A stretch of DNA of 63,722 bases, counting the filler, from Octopus bimaculoides (lineage: Eukaryota): the NCBI RefSeq assembly GCF_001194135.2. It is 4 parts of 4 records of this genome, joined end to end, with 100 filler letters (N's around TTAATTAATTAA, not from the genome) between each part and the next. Parts side by side here need not be neighbours in the genome. Positions count along the whole stretch, not along the records: positions 14,490 to 46,343 come from NC_068996.1; positions 46,444 to 62,246 come from NC_069000.1; 2 more parts are not named here. One strand, given 5' to 3'. The notes beneath the pieces are model-generated. The model saw only the letters and a program-made list of their open reading frames with translations, was not told the origin of the DNA and made no database searches. Shown here piece after piece: positions 35,995 to 48,575 of this stretch (position 1 is its first letter; each line of letters opens with the position of its first letter). The translations under genes and the position numbers were made by a program.

Positions 35995-37370
35995 AACTTC
36001 TTCAGATTGATCAGAATGCATTTATTGGAGAGAAGAGGGCAGGGAGAGAACCAGAGATAACTGTGGATCCTACTGTTGATATTGCTACCGTTCTTGCTGC
36101 TGCTACTGCTGCGTTTGCTGCTGCATCTGCTGCAGCTATACTATCGATAAAACAACTGATGCTGCTACTGTGCTGTTGTTGCTGCAGCTCCTGCAGTTGC
36201 TGCCGCTGATGGTGATAGTGGTGGTTGGTGGTGGTTGTGGTGGAGTCTGGTAGTGAGGATGATGATGATGATGATGATGATGATGTTGATGATGATGATG
36301 ATGAGCTTGTTGATGCTGCTATTGCTGATGATGGCAAAGATGATGATGATAATGATNNNNNNNNNNNNNNNNNNNNNNNNNNNNNNGGGTAGGATGACAA
36401 CGACGACGACATCAACAACAACGATGACAATGGTTTGGTGATGTTGGAATTGGTTGCAGAGAGGATGATTCTTATGGTAGTGCTGGTGGTGGTGGTTGTG
36501 GTGATGATGCTGATAATGATGATGACAACTGTAATGATGGCTATGATAATGCTTTTTGTTTTTTATTAATGTCCCAGTTTCGGACTTTAAAAGAAAATAC
36601 ATTTCCATGTCAAGGACTCTGAAACCAACTCAACGTTTGCACCACTACCACCACCACCAATACCAACGCCATCAGTAACATGACCAACACCACCACTACT
36701 ACCATTACTATTACTACTATCACTGTTATCATCGTCATTATCACCACCACCATCACCACCACCACCACCACCAACACTAAGATCAACATTACCAACACCA
36801 CTACTACCACCATCACCACCACTGCCACCACCACCACCACCACTATCATCGTCATCATCACCACCATCACCACCACCACCACCACCAACACCACTACTGC
36901 CACTGCCACTATCATTATCATCATCATTATCATCATCACCATCATTACCACCACCTCCACCACCACCGCCGAGACCACTGCCACCACCATTATCACCAAC
37001 ACCAACCCCAACATTATCGCTATTACTACCACCACCACCACCACCATCACCATTACAACTTGCCTACACTGCCATCTTCAGCATCACTACTGTTGCAACC
37101 ACTACTAGTACCACCACCATCCCAACAAAAACCAGATACAGCTACCACCCACACCACCACTATCACCACCATTTCCACCACCGTCAACATCACAACCATG
37201 AATCCCACCACTATCAACACAGCCACCAGTACCACCACCAAAATCACTGCCGCTACGGCAACCATTACCAATACAACCACCAGCATTATCACCACTAATA
37301 CAATCATCACAACCATTATCAACACCAGACTACTACCTCTACTACATCCAACACTATAACAAGCCAGTAG
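35995..37370. repeat. Compound degenerate trinucleotide block (GCT/GAT/GGT, then ACC/ATC/ACT)
   Basis: Produces poly-Thr/Val/Ile pseudo-ORFs on both strands. Confidence 0.85.
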
Positions 37371-37589
37371 TCGGATTAACAAACTAATCCATCAACAAGA
37401 GATTATGTTGTATTAGTCAGCAAAAATCCTCAACAGAGATTAAATCTCTAATACTTTGACTGACTTTTGTTTTTTTATTCTTCAGACTGTCCGTTGAATT
37501 AGGAAATGTCTGCAAATTAACAATGACTAGGCGAAGACTAACTTGTCAAGGTCAGAGTTCACATCGCATAGAGATCAATTTTACCCTTC

Positions 37590-37910
37590 ATTCATCATCA
37601 TCATCATCATCATCGTTTAACGTCCGCCTTCCATGCTAGCATGGGTTGGACAATTTGACTGAGGACTATCGAACCAGATGGCTACACCAGGCTCCAATCT
37701 GATTTGGCAGAGTTTCTACAGCTGGATGCCCTTCCTAACACCAACCACTTCAAGAGTCTAGTGGGTGCTTTTACATGCCACCGGCACGAAGGCCAGTCAG
37801 GCAGTACTGGCAATGGCCACGTTCAAAATGGTGTTTTTTATGTGCCACCTGCACAGGAGCTAGTCTAGCGGCACTGGCAACAACTTCGCTCTAATGTTTA
37901 TTCACGTGCC
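37590..37910 (-). mobile_element. RTE 3' UTR fragment with (ATG)n tail
   Basis: Minus strand ...ggttggtgttaggaagggcatccagctgtagaaactctgcc...aacccatgctagcatggaaggcggacgttaaacgatgatg. Confidence 0.75.
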
Positions 37911-37989
37911 ATTATTCTCAGATAAACAAAGAAGTACCAGTTATGTATTGCGGTCTGTAGAATTGGCTGTCGTCCTTGCTATTTCTTAT

Positions 37990-38800
37990 TTTGGTTTATT
38001 TTTTTATTTTTTTATTTGTTTCAGTCATTTGACTGCAGCCATGCTGAAGCACAGCCTTTTAGTTGAACAAATCAACCTCCCCAGGACTTATTCTTTGTAA
38101 GCCTAGTATTTATTCTATCAGTCTCTTTTGCTGAACCACTAAATTAGTGGGGCATAAACATGCCAGCATCGGTTGTCAAGCAATGGTAGGGGAACAAGCA
38201 CAGACACACACACACAAATATATACATACATATATATATGTGTGCGTGCGTGTGTGTGTGTGTGTGTAAAATAGTATACATTTAAACTCAAGAGAAAGCT
38301 GCCTTCAACAGGCAGTTTTTACACGCTAGAAGAAGCAGTCAAATCGACCAAAACCACATTTAAGAGCAATCTTCAAAAGGAATGAAAAATAAAAACTTTC
38401 ACCTTGTTCTTTTAATCTGGTCAGACCTAGGTTTCTAAATTTTTTTAGCAAATAAAATAATTTGCTAGGCGAATTTCTCATCAGTTACGACACCATAACA
38501 CTAACATATAATTAAGAGATGAATAACACGTGTCTCATTATTATACATTATAATTTTTCAAAATTCACCATGCAAGCGCAGTTTCAGTTGGAGGTAAATG
38601 AATAAATGGCGAACTAATCTTTTATATGATGGGCTTCTTTCAGTTTCCATCTACCAAATCCACTTACGAGGCTTTGGTCAGCCTGAGGCTATGGTAGAAA
38701 ACACTTGCTCAAGGTGCCATGCAGTGGGACTGAACCCAGAACCATGTGGTTGGGAAGCAAACTTCTTACCACACAGCTATGCCTACATCTATACAGCCAC
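37990..38800 (-). mobile_element. SINE-A halves (3' half 37990-38215, 5' half 38630-38800) separated by about 350 bp of unrelated sequence
   Basis: Both halves match family A in minus orientation. Confidence 0.7.
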
Positions 38801-38859
38801 TCCTGCACCTAATAACAATGTAAGAAATCACCAAATAACTAATATTTTGTGACTGAATC

Positions 38860-39244
38860 AGCTCTTCAATTCCAATTTGGTGAAAGCTCAACTTTACCTG
38901 TCATTTTTCCAGAAGTTGATAAAATAAAATACCAGTCAAGTACTGGGGGTCAATGTAATTGTCTAGTCCTCCCCAATCCTCAAAATTACTGGTTTTGTGC
39001 TTAAATTAAAGATAATTATCATTATGTGAAGGTGGTGAGCTGGCAGAGTCATTAGCATGCCATGAAAAATGCTTAGCAGCATTTCATCCATCTTTATATT
39101 CTGAGGTCAAATTCCACCTAAGTTGTGTTTGCCTTTTATCCACTCAAAGTCAATAAGATAAGTACCAGTTGAGCACTGGGGTCAATGTATTTAACTTACT
39201 CCCTCCCTTGAAATTGCTGGCCTTGTGCCAAAATATGAAACCAC

Positions 39245-39250
<6 letters not shown>
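38860..39250 (+). mobile_element. Two tandem SINE-B copies (first partial)
   Basis: Family core and tail, followed by (ATT)n. Confidence 0.75.
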
Positions 39251-39274
<24 letters not shown>

Positions 39275-39275
<1 letters not shown>

Positions 39276-39800
39276 GAGTGAGAGAGCAGTGCATACCATT
39301 AAAGTGACACTGGGGTAAAATATACACACTGTCCAGTATACTCATCACGACTACCCGTCTGATAAGGATACACCAGGCATATACATCATAACCGTATGTG
39401 TGCGATATGGTGATTTCATATCAAGATAGACAATGCATGACCTTACAAGTGGAGACCAATTAGAATTTTCTTCAGATTGAATAGCCCATCCTGCTCAAAA
39501 GGTCTCTGAATAAGGGTTGTTTAAGGATGTTGAATGAAACACCCATGTTTCATGAAGTGAATTATTCAAACCCCAAAGAATTCCTCTCAACACATGGCTA
39601 TGATGATCCCCACTACTTCTGCTCATGCTCAACTGGTTAAGGTCAAACAACTGACAAGCAAATCTGTGGTATTGAGCAGAATATTTGCTGTAGCCCATCT
39701 TTTATACCAAGACAAAACAATGAACATGATAACACTTCCAATCAATTAAGATCAGAAGCCATGAGAGCCACTGCCAGCTACTGCATCAGGCCATTTATTA
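39275..39800 (-). mobile_element. Unclassified non-coding insert of about 520 bp between (ATT)n tracts
   Basis: Sharp boundaries at ATT arrays on both sides; no ORF. Orientation is inferred from the longer (TAA)n run. Confidence 0.4.
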
Positions 39801-39814
39801 TTATTATTATTATC

Positions 39815-40027
39815 AGGCAGCAAACTGGCAGAATTGTTAGCATGCCAGACAAAATACTTAGTGGTATTTCATCCATCCTTACATTTCTGAGTTCAAACTC
39901 TGCTGAGATCAACTTTACCTTTCATCCTTTCCAGGTCAATAAATTAAGTACTAGTTGTGTACTAGGGTCAATCTAATCAACTACCCCCTCCCATCAAATT
40001 TCAGGCCTTGTGCCTATAGCAGAAAGG

Positions 40028-40077
<50 letters not shown>

Positions 40078-40500
40078 GGTAAATTTGCTAGGGCATCATA
40101 AAAAAATGATGTACAGTATTGGTTAAGATTCTTTAAATTGTATAGTACAAATCCTACAGAGATTAGCTTGGCCTTTTCTCTCTCTCTGGAGTTGATAAAA
40201 TAAAATATGTACTACGTCAAAAAATGGAATAATTTCCTCCTCTAAAACTTCGAACTTGTGTCAGTCTTAGAAATGATTATTTAAAGGTGGCAAATTGGTA
40301 GAATCATTAACATTTTGAACAAAAACGCTTTAGTCACACTCCTTTTGGCTTCACATTCTGTGTTTAAATGTTGTTGAGTGTTGACTTCACTTTTTATCGT
40401 TTCAGAAATGATGAAATCACAGGGGGGTGGGGGTGATGTAATCGACTAACCCCTCTCCCCACCAAAATTTCAGGCCTTGAACCAAAACTTAGAAAGAATT
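39815..40500 (+). mobile_element. Three tandem SINE-B copies, increasingly decayed
   Basis: 39815-40035 has an intact core and tail; about 40115-40270 and 40285-40500 are degenerate. Confidence 0.7.
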
Positions 40501-42034
40501 AAGAGTATTGTAACAAAATGGTGGGTATTGATTGGTAAACACACATATGAGGTTGTGTTCTACTGTCATCATCATCATCATCATCCTTGTCATCGTCATC
40601 TTTGTCGTTGTCATCACTGTCATCATCATCATCATCATCATCATTTTATGTCCGCCTTCCATGTTTTGCATTGGTTGGATGCTTTGACATGTTCCAACAT
40701 GACTGCTGTGCCATATTCCAATGTCTCAGTTTTGGCAAGGTCTCTAAAGCTGAATGCCTTTTCTTACTACACCAACCATTTTATAGAATATACAGGGTGC
40801 CATCTGTGGTTCTAGTATTAGTGATGTCACCATGTAATCGGCAAGAGTAAAGAACCATAATAGATGAAAGAAAAACATGAGAGAAAGGGCAAAGAATTTT
40901 GGCAGGCTACACACACACACACACACACACACAGTGGCAAACATAAAAACAATAATGATGCACATACAAATGATAGCAAAAGCATAACAACAATAATTAC
41001 AGCCAAAATGAATAATAACAAAATCTCCAAACTGTCAGAGATAGACCCAAATAAGACCAATAATGGTGCTGTATGTCAACATGAATTAGCTGAATGAAGT
41101 TCTTGTTTTTTTGTTTTTTGCTATAATCCAGTAAAGTCAGTGTGTTGGAAGAATTATGATTGTATCATTTCTCTGTTTTTAGAATTTTACCAAATATCGA
41201 AGTGTTAATTTGTGTCATTGATGTCTATAGTAAATTTATGTGGTCTACAGTATTGGCTGCCACTATTCAAAGTTCACAGTAACATGTCCCATGTCAGTGT
41301 CACAATTGAATTAAATTTGTAAATAATTGTGATGATGACGATGATGTGGTCTTTGATAGAGGTTGATTGATTTATTTAACTGAAGAACACCAGACTCTGA
41401 GAATGAAAATCATGACAGACGCATCAAGTAGAACCACTGTTGGTGGCTTCACATCAAAAGAATCGCGTGTGGAGACGGGTGGGGAGGCAGTCAACTAGAA
41501 ATATTTCCTCTGCTATCTTCACCAACATCACTATCACCATCAACATCACCACCAACAACATTACCAAGAGCCGCATCTTAAACTAAAAAGAATAGATACA
41601 TAAATGAATGAATGATTGAATGAATGAATGAATGAATGAACGAATGAATGAATGAATGAATGAATAAAAAGATGTAAGATTAACAAAAAGAACTTAATAT
41701 TTCATTTTCTTTCATGACTTCCAATTATGGTTGAAGTGAGAAGCTGAAATAAAATGTCAGTTTTAATCACAAGAGTCTCCAGTTAAATTCACATAAAAAA
41801 AACTCTTCTTTATTCCTTTTATCCTTTCATTCATTCTTTATTTTTTCTTTCTTTCTCTCTTTTATTCTTTCTTTCTTTCCTTCCTTCCTTTCTCTCCTTT
41901 CATCCCTCTTTTCAAACTGACTTTTTTCTTTTAGTCCAGTAGTCCATTCAACATTTGCAATTGTTAATCCAGACATGTTTTTTTATCGTCTCTCCATTTT
42001 TTTTTTCTTCTCTTCATGGTTTTGTTCCTCATTC

Positions 42035-42070
42035 CTTTCTGTAGAAGAGCATAGGCTCGAAATGTCAAAG
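42035..42070 (+). ncRNA. Degenerate minimal type-I hammerhead-like motif (Penelope pLTR type)
   Basis: cttt-CTGTAGA-A-GAGC atag GCTC-GAAA-TGTC-aaag: stem I cttt/aaag, stem II GAGC/GCTC. The core deviates from CUGANGA at A6. Confidence 0.5.
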
Positions 42071-42606
42071 ATTTCTTCCATTTTTCCTGAGCAGTAAACT
42101 AATACATTTTGTTTGTCATTCCTTAATCTGTCTGTCTTCTATTTTTTTCTTTTTCCTTTGTGTACAATTTTGAACCATAGTCCAATATATATTGGATTAT
42201 AAATTTTTTTTTTTTTTACTTGGCACTCCATCTTCATATATCTGCAAAAAAGTCAAATTTATTTAAATTTCAAAACAGTAAACAAAAAGTTATTGAGGAA
42301 GAATTGATCTATGAAGAAAAGAACAACCATAAACCATTATGATAAAAAAAATTTCATGTTAATTCAAAGAAACGGATTAAAATAAATAAAAAAAATAATA
42401 AACAAATTTATCTGATAATCCAATATTACACACACACACACACACACACACATGCGCGCGCGCGCGTGTGTGTGTGTGTGTTAGGCATAAGATCAGCAAT
42501 TGTGAGGCGACTGGCATGTTATTTTATGGATTTCAGAAGGATGAAAAAAATTTTGACCTCAGCGTGATATGAACTCAGAACTATATTATAATAATTATAA
42601 TAATAA

Positions 42607-42808
42607 TCCTTTCTACTAATGGCACAAAACCTGAAATTTTGGGGGAGGGGACTAGTCGATTATTTTGACCCCAGTGTTTCACTGGTACTTATTTTATCAA
42701 CCCCAAAAGGATGAAAGGCCTCAGTGGAATAACTCAGCACATAGTGATGGGCGAAATATCACTACAGATTTCATCCAGTGTACTAACAATTCTGCCAGCT
42801 CATAACCT
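42607..42808 (-). mobile_element. SINE-B in a (TAA)n array (partial second copy at 42500-42590)
   Basis: Family core with an internal deletion. Confidence 0.8.
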
Positions 42809-42809
42809 T

Positions 42810-42877
<68 letters not shown>

Positions 42878-42879
<2 letters not shown>

Positions 42880-43359
42880 GACGAAAAGGGGAAGGCAAAA
42901 TTCCTCTGGCACTTTGATTTTCAGACAGACAAAGTGTCAGAGCACTGGAGGCTGGATATAGCAACCTTCAGGAGGGACAAACAAGAGTGCCTAACAATTG
43001 ATGTAGCAGTGGCAGGAGATCAACATACCATGAAAGAAAAAGTTGATAAATATAGAGACTTGAGAATTGAGATCACCAAGATGTGGCAACTATGAGAGTT
43101 GAACATAAAGGTTATCCCTATTGTCATCAGAGCATTGGGTTCAATACCACCTAATCTGAAAAAACATCTGAAAACCTTAGAAATACCCTACAATCTAGAT
43201 ATATTGCAAAAGTCAGCATTACTTGGAACTGCACACATATTGCATAAAGTACTGTCTGTCTGAGGTCCTTGTTGTGACTTGACAAACAATACAAACCCCT
43301 GGTAGACACAATATCTTCAATCAACAACCTCACAATATTATATACTGTGCAACATCTAT
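42878..43359 (+). mobile_element. 5'-truncated Dong-like LINE (REL C-terminus + 3' UTR)
   Basis: KAKFLWHFDFQTDKVSEHWRLDIA...CLTIDVAVAGDQ...EKVDKYRDLRIEITKMW and LQKSALLGTAHILHKVLS. (TAA)n on both sides. Confidence 0.88.
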
Positions 43360-43899
43360 AATAATAATAACAATACTAAACATCCAAGTACCAAGTCTTA
43401 TAATTCATGGAAAGAGACCCTGAGAAATTGTGAGACATTTGATAACAGGTTGCTGTCCTCTTTCACTGAATTAACTGGGACAAGTAAGATTGAGAGCTCT
43501 GAAAAGTAAAATTTAATTATAAAAGTAATAATAATTGTCTTTAAGTTTGATGCAAGGCCAGCAAATTTTAGGGGAGGAGGCAAGTCAATTATACTAACAC
43601 CACTACTGTTACTTTATTTCATCAACCCCAAAAGGATAGAGGGCAAAGTAGACCTTAGCAGCATTTGAACTTTTCAGATATAAATAAAATGGAAGTGTAC
43701 AAAAATAAACCTTATTTTCCATCTTACTGTTAGTTTTGCTTCATTTTGAAAAATATAAATTTATTTTATGGCATATTATTGCTTGTATTTTGAATTAAAT
43801 ATATAAGGGGCCTCTTATATATAGAATACTATGGTAAAGACATGTGCTAAGTTCAACCCAGACTAACCCATTATTGCACTTTAATCTTATTTCCATGTT

Positions 43900-46278
43900 T
43901 TTATGAAATTAGTTATCTAAGTTCAAATCATACCTATTACACTATTGCAACCTTATACTATACCTATTGTTATTTTTTTTATTATTTAATTATTATATTA
44001 TATTTTAATTATATTTTTATTATTATTATTATTTCTAATTTTTATTTTTATTTTAATTTTTAAATTTCTTCAAGAATGTAGAGTGAATCCTATGTGTACA
44101 AGCTGGTATTGCATCAGTAAATTTATTTAACATAGCATGATTATAGTTTTTCAATATAAAGTATGCTTCCCTGATGCACAAACCGCATTTAGTGGATCCG
44201 ATTCCATATGGGGAGGAGGGCGTGTCCAAGGATAGACCACAATAATTTGAGTGTAATATTCTTTTCCTTAAGGTCATTTACATATGATGCCAATGTGGTA
44301 GATGTCCTATATTTAGGATCGTTAAAAGAACTTAGGTGACTTCGGTACCTCTGCTTGAATTCTATCGAACTACCAATATATATTTTTCTTTGGCCATTTT
44401 GCGTTTCAACGCTACATTTATAAATAACATTATCCTGGCAACAATTTCCGCTAATCATACATTTTAGAGGGTCCCTACAATTACACTTTTTGCACCCTTT
44501 ATGGGGTCTACTGTTAGCATTATTCAGCATACCGTTGCTTCTGTCCTTCTATTGCTGGGATCCACAGTATTAATTGTACTTTCATTCAAGCCAATTTCAA
44601 GTTTATTTCAAGTTTTCTTTCAATAATTTAAAGAATAATCTTGGTAGACCTTTCACTCTTAGTGAAAAGGGAGGAGTGAACCAAATAACCTGACGAACCC
44701 TAGATTTGGTATTAAAAGTGGGCTTACAATATGTTGTTTGACTTAGTCTGCCATATGTAAAGCTATTCATGTTTTTATTTTATTTATATTTTTATTTTTA
44801 TTTTCATACTTATTCCACCTTCATTTGACATAAACCTAACTTTATAATTCTGTTCATATTTATAATTCTTATTACTACCATCTCTACATCTGCTATTATC
44901 CTTATCATCCATGGTATCCACATCAGTTCTATTTTTATTACTATTTTTATTATTATTACTTTCCTTTCAACTTTATCTCCTTTATTCCTATCATTGTTAA
45001 ACTTCATTTTATCAGCACAAATATTGGTCTTTACCAACTTAATGTGAGCTTCTAGGGGATCGAATAGAGAGTTTCTGCTATCCGAGATCTGTTTCTTATC
45101 ATCAATGATGCTGGCCAGTTTTGTTTTTAATTTTGTATTCTGTATATATTTAATATTATTAGTAAACCCGCTTAATTTTAAAGCATTGATTAAAAGTGTT
45201 TTCATTAGCTGATAGGTTTGAGACTCTAATGGATATTGCAGTTACAATGCTATTGATGGTTGATTTAGGATGATTGGAGGATACATAGATGTATTGGAAA
45301 GTTTGATTTGGTTTTAGAAAAGGGTAGTATAGGTTAGTATTAAGATCTAGAATGATATCCAAAAAATTTGTTACTTTAGGATTATTCTCGTATACAATGT
45401 TCAGATTATAAAAGTGCTTCAAAAACTCCCTTAGCTCTTTCTTCAATCTCCCAATCTGAAGATTCGAATGATTAGAGACAATAAGCAATGCATCATCCCT
45501 ATAAATCCCTCCAGAGAGAGATGGAAAATGCCACTTAATCTTGTCCAATAGAAATAATCCAACGATATCAGTTATTTGTGCTGAGTCCGAGGATCCCATA
45601 GTAACATCGAAGAAGTTAAAAGAATCTGATTTAGACCAATGCTGTTTTCCATAATTTATCAGGGTCATTCTAGCTGATTGGATAATCTCAATATCTAATC
45701 CTGATATTTCAACATAATTCCAAACAAAAATAATTGCTTTATTCAATAAGATGGGGGAGATCGGGGTATAATAATTGAATATATCAAACTGAATAAACGA
45801 AGATGATTCATTACATTTAAGTGTGTGAAACCAAAATGTAACGTTGTTGGTAGATTCCTATAAGGGCAACAGTGTCTTTTCTCTTATAACAGGGATGATC
45901 CTATCTAATATAGATTTGCTGATCCTTTCCAAGTCAGATTTGGCTGGACAAATTAGACGTATTGTTGGTTTAGCAAGAAAATCGCTTTTATGATCCTTTA
46001 GGGGTTTTTGGATTGTAAGGTTGTGTGCAGTCAAAATTCTTAGTTTTGAAATCAAATCATGTCTATTATTAATATCAATAAGAGCTGATGTTTTTGGCAA
46101 TTTTATATTTAGCATGAAGCTCTTTGAATATCAATTTATCATAGGTTTCATAGGGCACTGAGTAAATATTTCCCGTTTTGTCAGAAAGTATATGTAGATT
46201 TAGATCGTCTTTCAGTTTTGCTATTGTTTGTTGCAACTGTATTTTATTTGTGAGTATTGTTAACACTAGCAATCTCAA
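43900..46278 (-). mobile_element. Penelope-like element (RT + GIY-YIG), decayed
   Basis: PTIRLICPAKSDL, FIQFDIFNYY, FFDVTMGSSDSAQITDIVGLFLL, GIYRDDAL, thumb FLDIILDL...SNHP, IIWFTPPFS, CNCR...C..SGNC, VIYKCSV...IYIGS, CGLCIREAYFI. Several frameshifts and stops. The 5' end runs into a scaffold join. Confidence 0.93.
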
Positions 46279-46304
46279 AATAAAGCAGTGTATTTTATAT
46301 TGTA

Positions 46305-46343
<39 letters not shown>

Positions 46344-46443
46344 NNNNNNNNNNNNNNNNNNNNNNNNNNNNNNNNNNNNNNNNNNNNTTAATTAATTAAN
46401 NNNNNNNNNNNNNNNNNNNNNNNNNNNNNNNNNNNNNNNNNNN
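46344..46443. other. Artificial scaffold-join spacer N44-TTAATTAATTAA-N44
   Basis: Identical to 14390-14489. Confidence 0.95.
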
Positions 46444-46484
<41 letters not shown>

Positions 46485-46811
46485 AAGAGAGAGAGAGAGA
46501 GAGACAAACAGACAGACTGACTGATATATATATACACACATGTACATATACACACATATACATACTTGCACACACACACACACACATACACACACACACA
46601 CGTCCACGCAGACAGGCAAATATGCAGACATATACGTGTATGGATGTGTATTCTAGTGTACGTCTACCTAAGTTTGCATAAAATGTTTTGTTTATGAATC
46701 TATTTATAATTTTTATCGGCACAAATGTTTTCAATTCTTAACCATTTTCTTACTATATCTATAAATATATTTATACATATATCTGTTCACGTTTTTATAT
46801 AAGAAGATTGT

Positions 46812-48137
46812 TACGAAAGAGATGGAAAAGTGAGAGTAACTTTTTTTTTATTAACTAACATAAGACATTCAAGTTACAAATGTCGGTAGAGCTTTTCTCC
46901 TTACATAGTATTTCTTCTTTCCGTTCTTCTCAATTGCAGACAAACAATGGGTTCTAAGCAGAAGCAACGTGCCATCATTGACATATTGGTGAAGGCGGGA
47001 TACAGGCTTCCCGATATACACAGAAGGTCACAAATTTATACAGAGATGACACCGTTGATAAGAGATAGACGTACGCAGATAGATGAAGTGGTTTAAAGAA
47101 GTGGAAACCATTGAAGACGCACCACGTAATGGAAGACCGCCAACAGCATCAACTAGCGCAGCTCGCAAAGGATTGTACGAATTGATTCGCGTGGACATAT
47201 CAGTCACAATCCGTGAGCTTGTTGCACAACTGGTATGTCATAACAATGCATTTGAAAAGATGAAGAAGATCTTGGTCATGAGAAAATGTGTGTGCAAAAT
47301 AGGTTCCTCGTCATTTGATACCCAATTCGAAGTGTTCTCTGCTCTGCTGGAAGCATTTGGAACCAATGAAGACACGTTTTTTTTTTTTCCAATCTAGTGC
47401 TTGCTTGTTTGTTTCATGCTCTTACCGCATGGAGCTGGGGGTCATTCCTGGTTAGTGGTCCGAGAGGCATCATCGTGCCGACCAGGTCCACCAGTGCTCT
47501 CTCCATCGCTGGCGGTCTAGCTGCGGTCCCAAAATAGAGCCATGTCTCTATGATCCGCATATCAATGCTCCGTCTGCATTAGCGTCACACTTCTGCGAAG
47601 CCTGAACGGTTCAAGAGCTAGCGATCGGCAGAGAAAGTCATGATGACTATTGCGGGATGGGGGTGGGTTACAAGAGTGTTATTCACCTTGAATTTCAGGA
47701 GAGTGTTTGTAGAGTTCAACTGAGAATCTGAGACGGATCCATATCTACCATGACATTAAGTGACCTCGCATATCTTTGAGAACAATCCAGGCAATCGGCA
47801 AATTGGCCTAGTCAGTAGCACCCGCCCACCATCCGCCATACAGCTTTCTGACTCCTACACGTTCAGCTCAATGAAGAACAGTCGTCGGGCAAACGATTTC
47901 ACGATACAGATGAAATAAAAATCGCTTGAAAGCACAACAGCGCATACCTGAATGTCTTGAAAGAACATAGATTCCACGACCAGGAAATGCATCGCAGGTA
48001 ATGGAGACTAAATGCTGAACTGTGTAATTGTATAAAAGAAAAGTTACACTTACTAACATGTGCAATTTGAATGGCTTATGTAAGTTAATGAAAAGTTGTG
48101 TCCACGTTGCGTATATTTAATTCAACTTTCGCTTGTA
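46812..48137 (+). mobile_element. Decayed mariner-family transposon
   Basis: MGSKQKQRAIID..., KWFKEVETIEDAPRNGRPPTA...IRVDISVTIRELVAQL, YDP...KPERFKS..SAEKVM, HPPYS, GKRF. Bounded by TA; TIRs are degenerate. Confidence 0.8.
47395..47530 (-). mobile_element. Short LINE (RTE-like) 3' end inserted in the mariner
   Basis: LDRQRWR..LVD-like C-terminus and an aaacaaacaagcaagc tail; interrupts the transposase just before the DETW/YDP region. Confidence 0.5.
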
Positions 48138-48214
48138 TGTATGTATGTACGTACGTATGTATGTATGTATGTATGTATGTATGTATGTATGTATGTATGT
48201 ATGCATGTATGTAT

Positions 48215-48575
48215 GTCATTATTCAGTTTATCTCAAGATTTCTTGCCAACAGAGAAAGAACCGGTTTCTAACCTAGATCCAAGGCTCCTTTACTGGAATT
48301 TCAACATCACCAACAGGGTATTTCTGTATGTATGTATGTATGAATTTATGTATGTGCATATTTGTGTGTTTTATGCATGTATTCTCATGCATATAATTGA
48401 ATATCTAGTCCTGTTCATATATTTAAATGATAAACTTCTTGAAAGTTTTATAGATTTTTTTTTACATTTCCAGTGATGGATTTGGTCTGTAGTCTTCGAA
48501 TTAGCTTTCTCCTTTCTGGTTTTGGGAAGCCTCAAGATTGGTATTTATGTAGTGTGTTTCATATCTCACAGCCCC
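48215..48575 (-). mobile_element. (CATA)n-associated REL LINE, copy 2 (5'-truncated)
   Basis: Homologous to 1386-1740 and 62847-63219. (TATG)n on both sides on the plus strand. Confidence 0.88.

Noticed and set aside
36610-37382. Mucin-like Thr-rich ORFs
   Set aside because: Degenerate (ACC/ATC)n microsatellite open on both strands, with no signal peptide or splice support.
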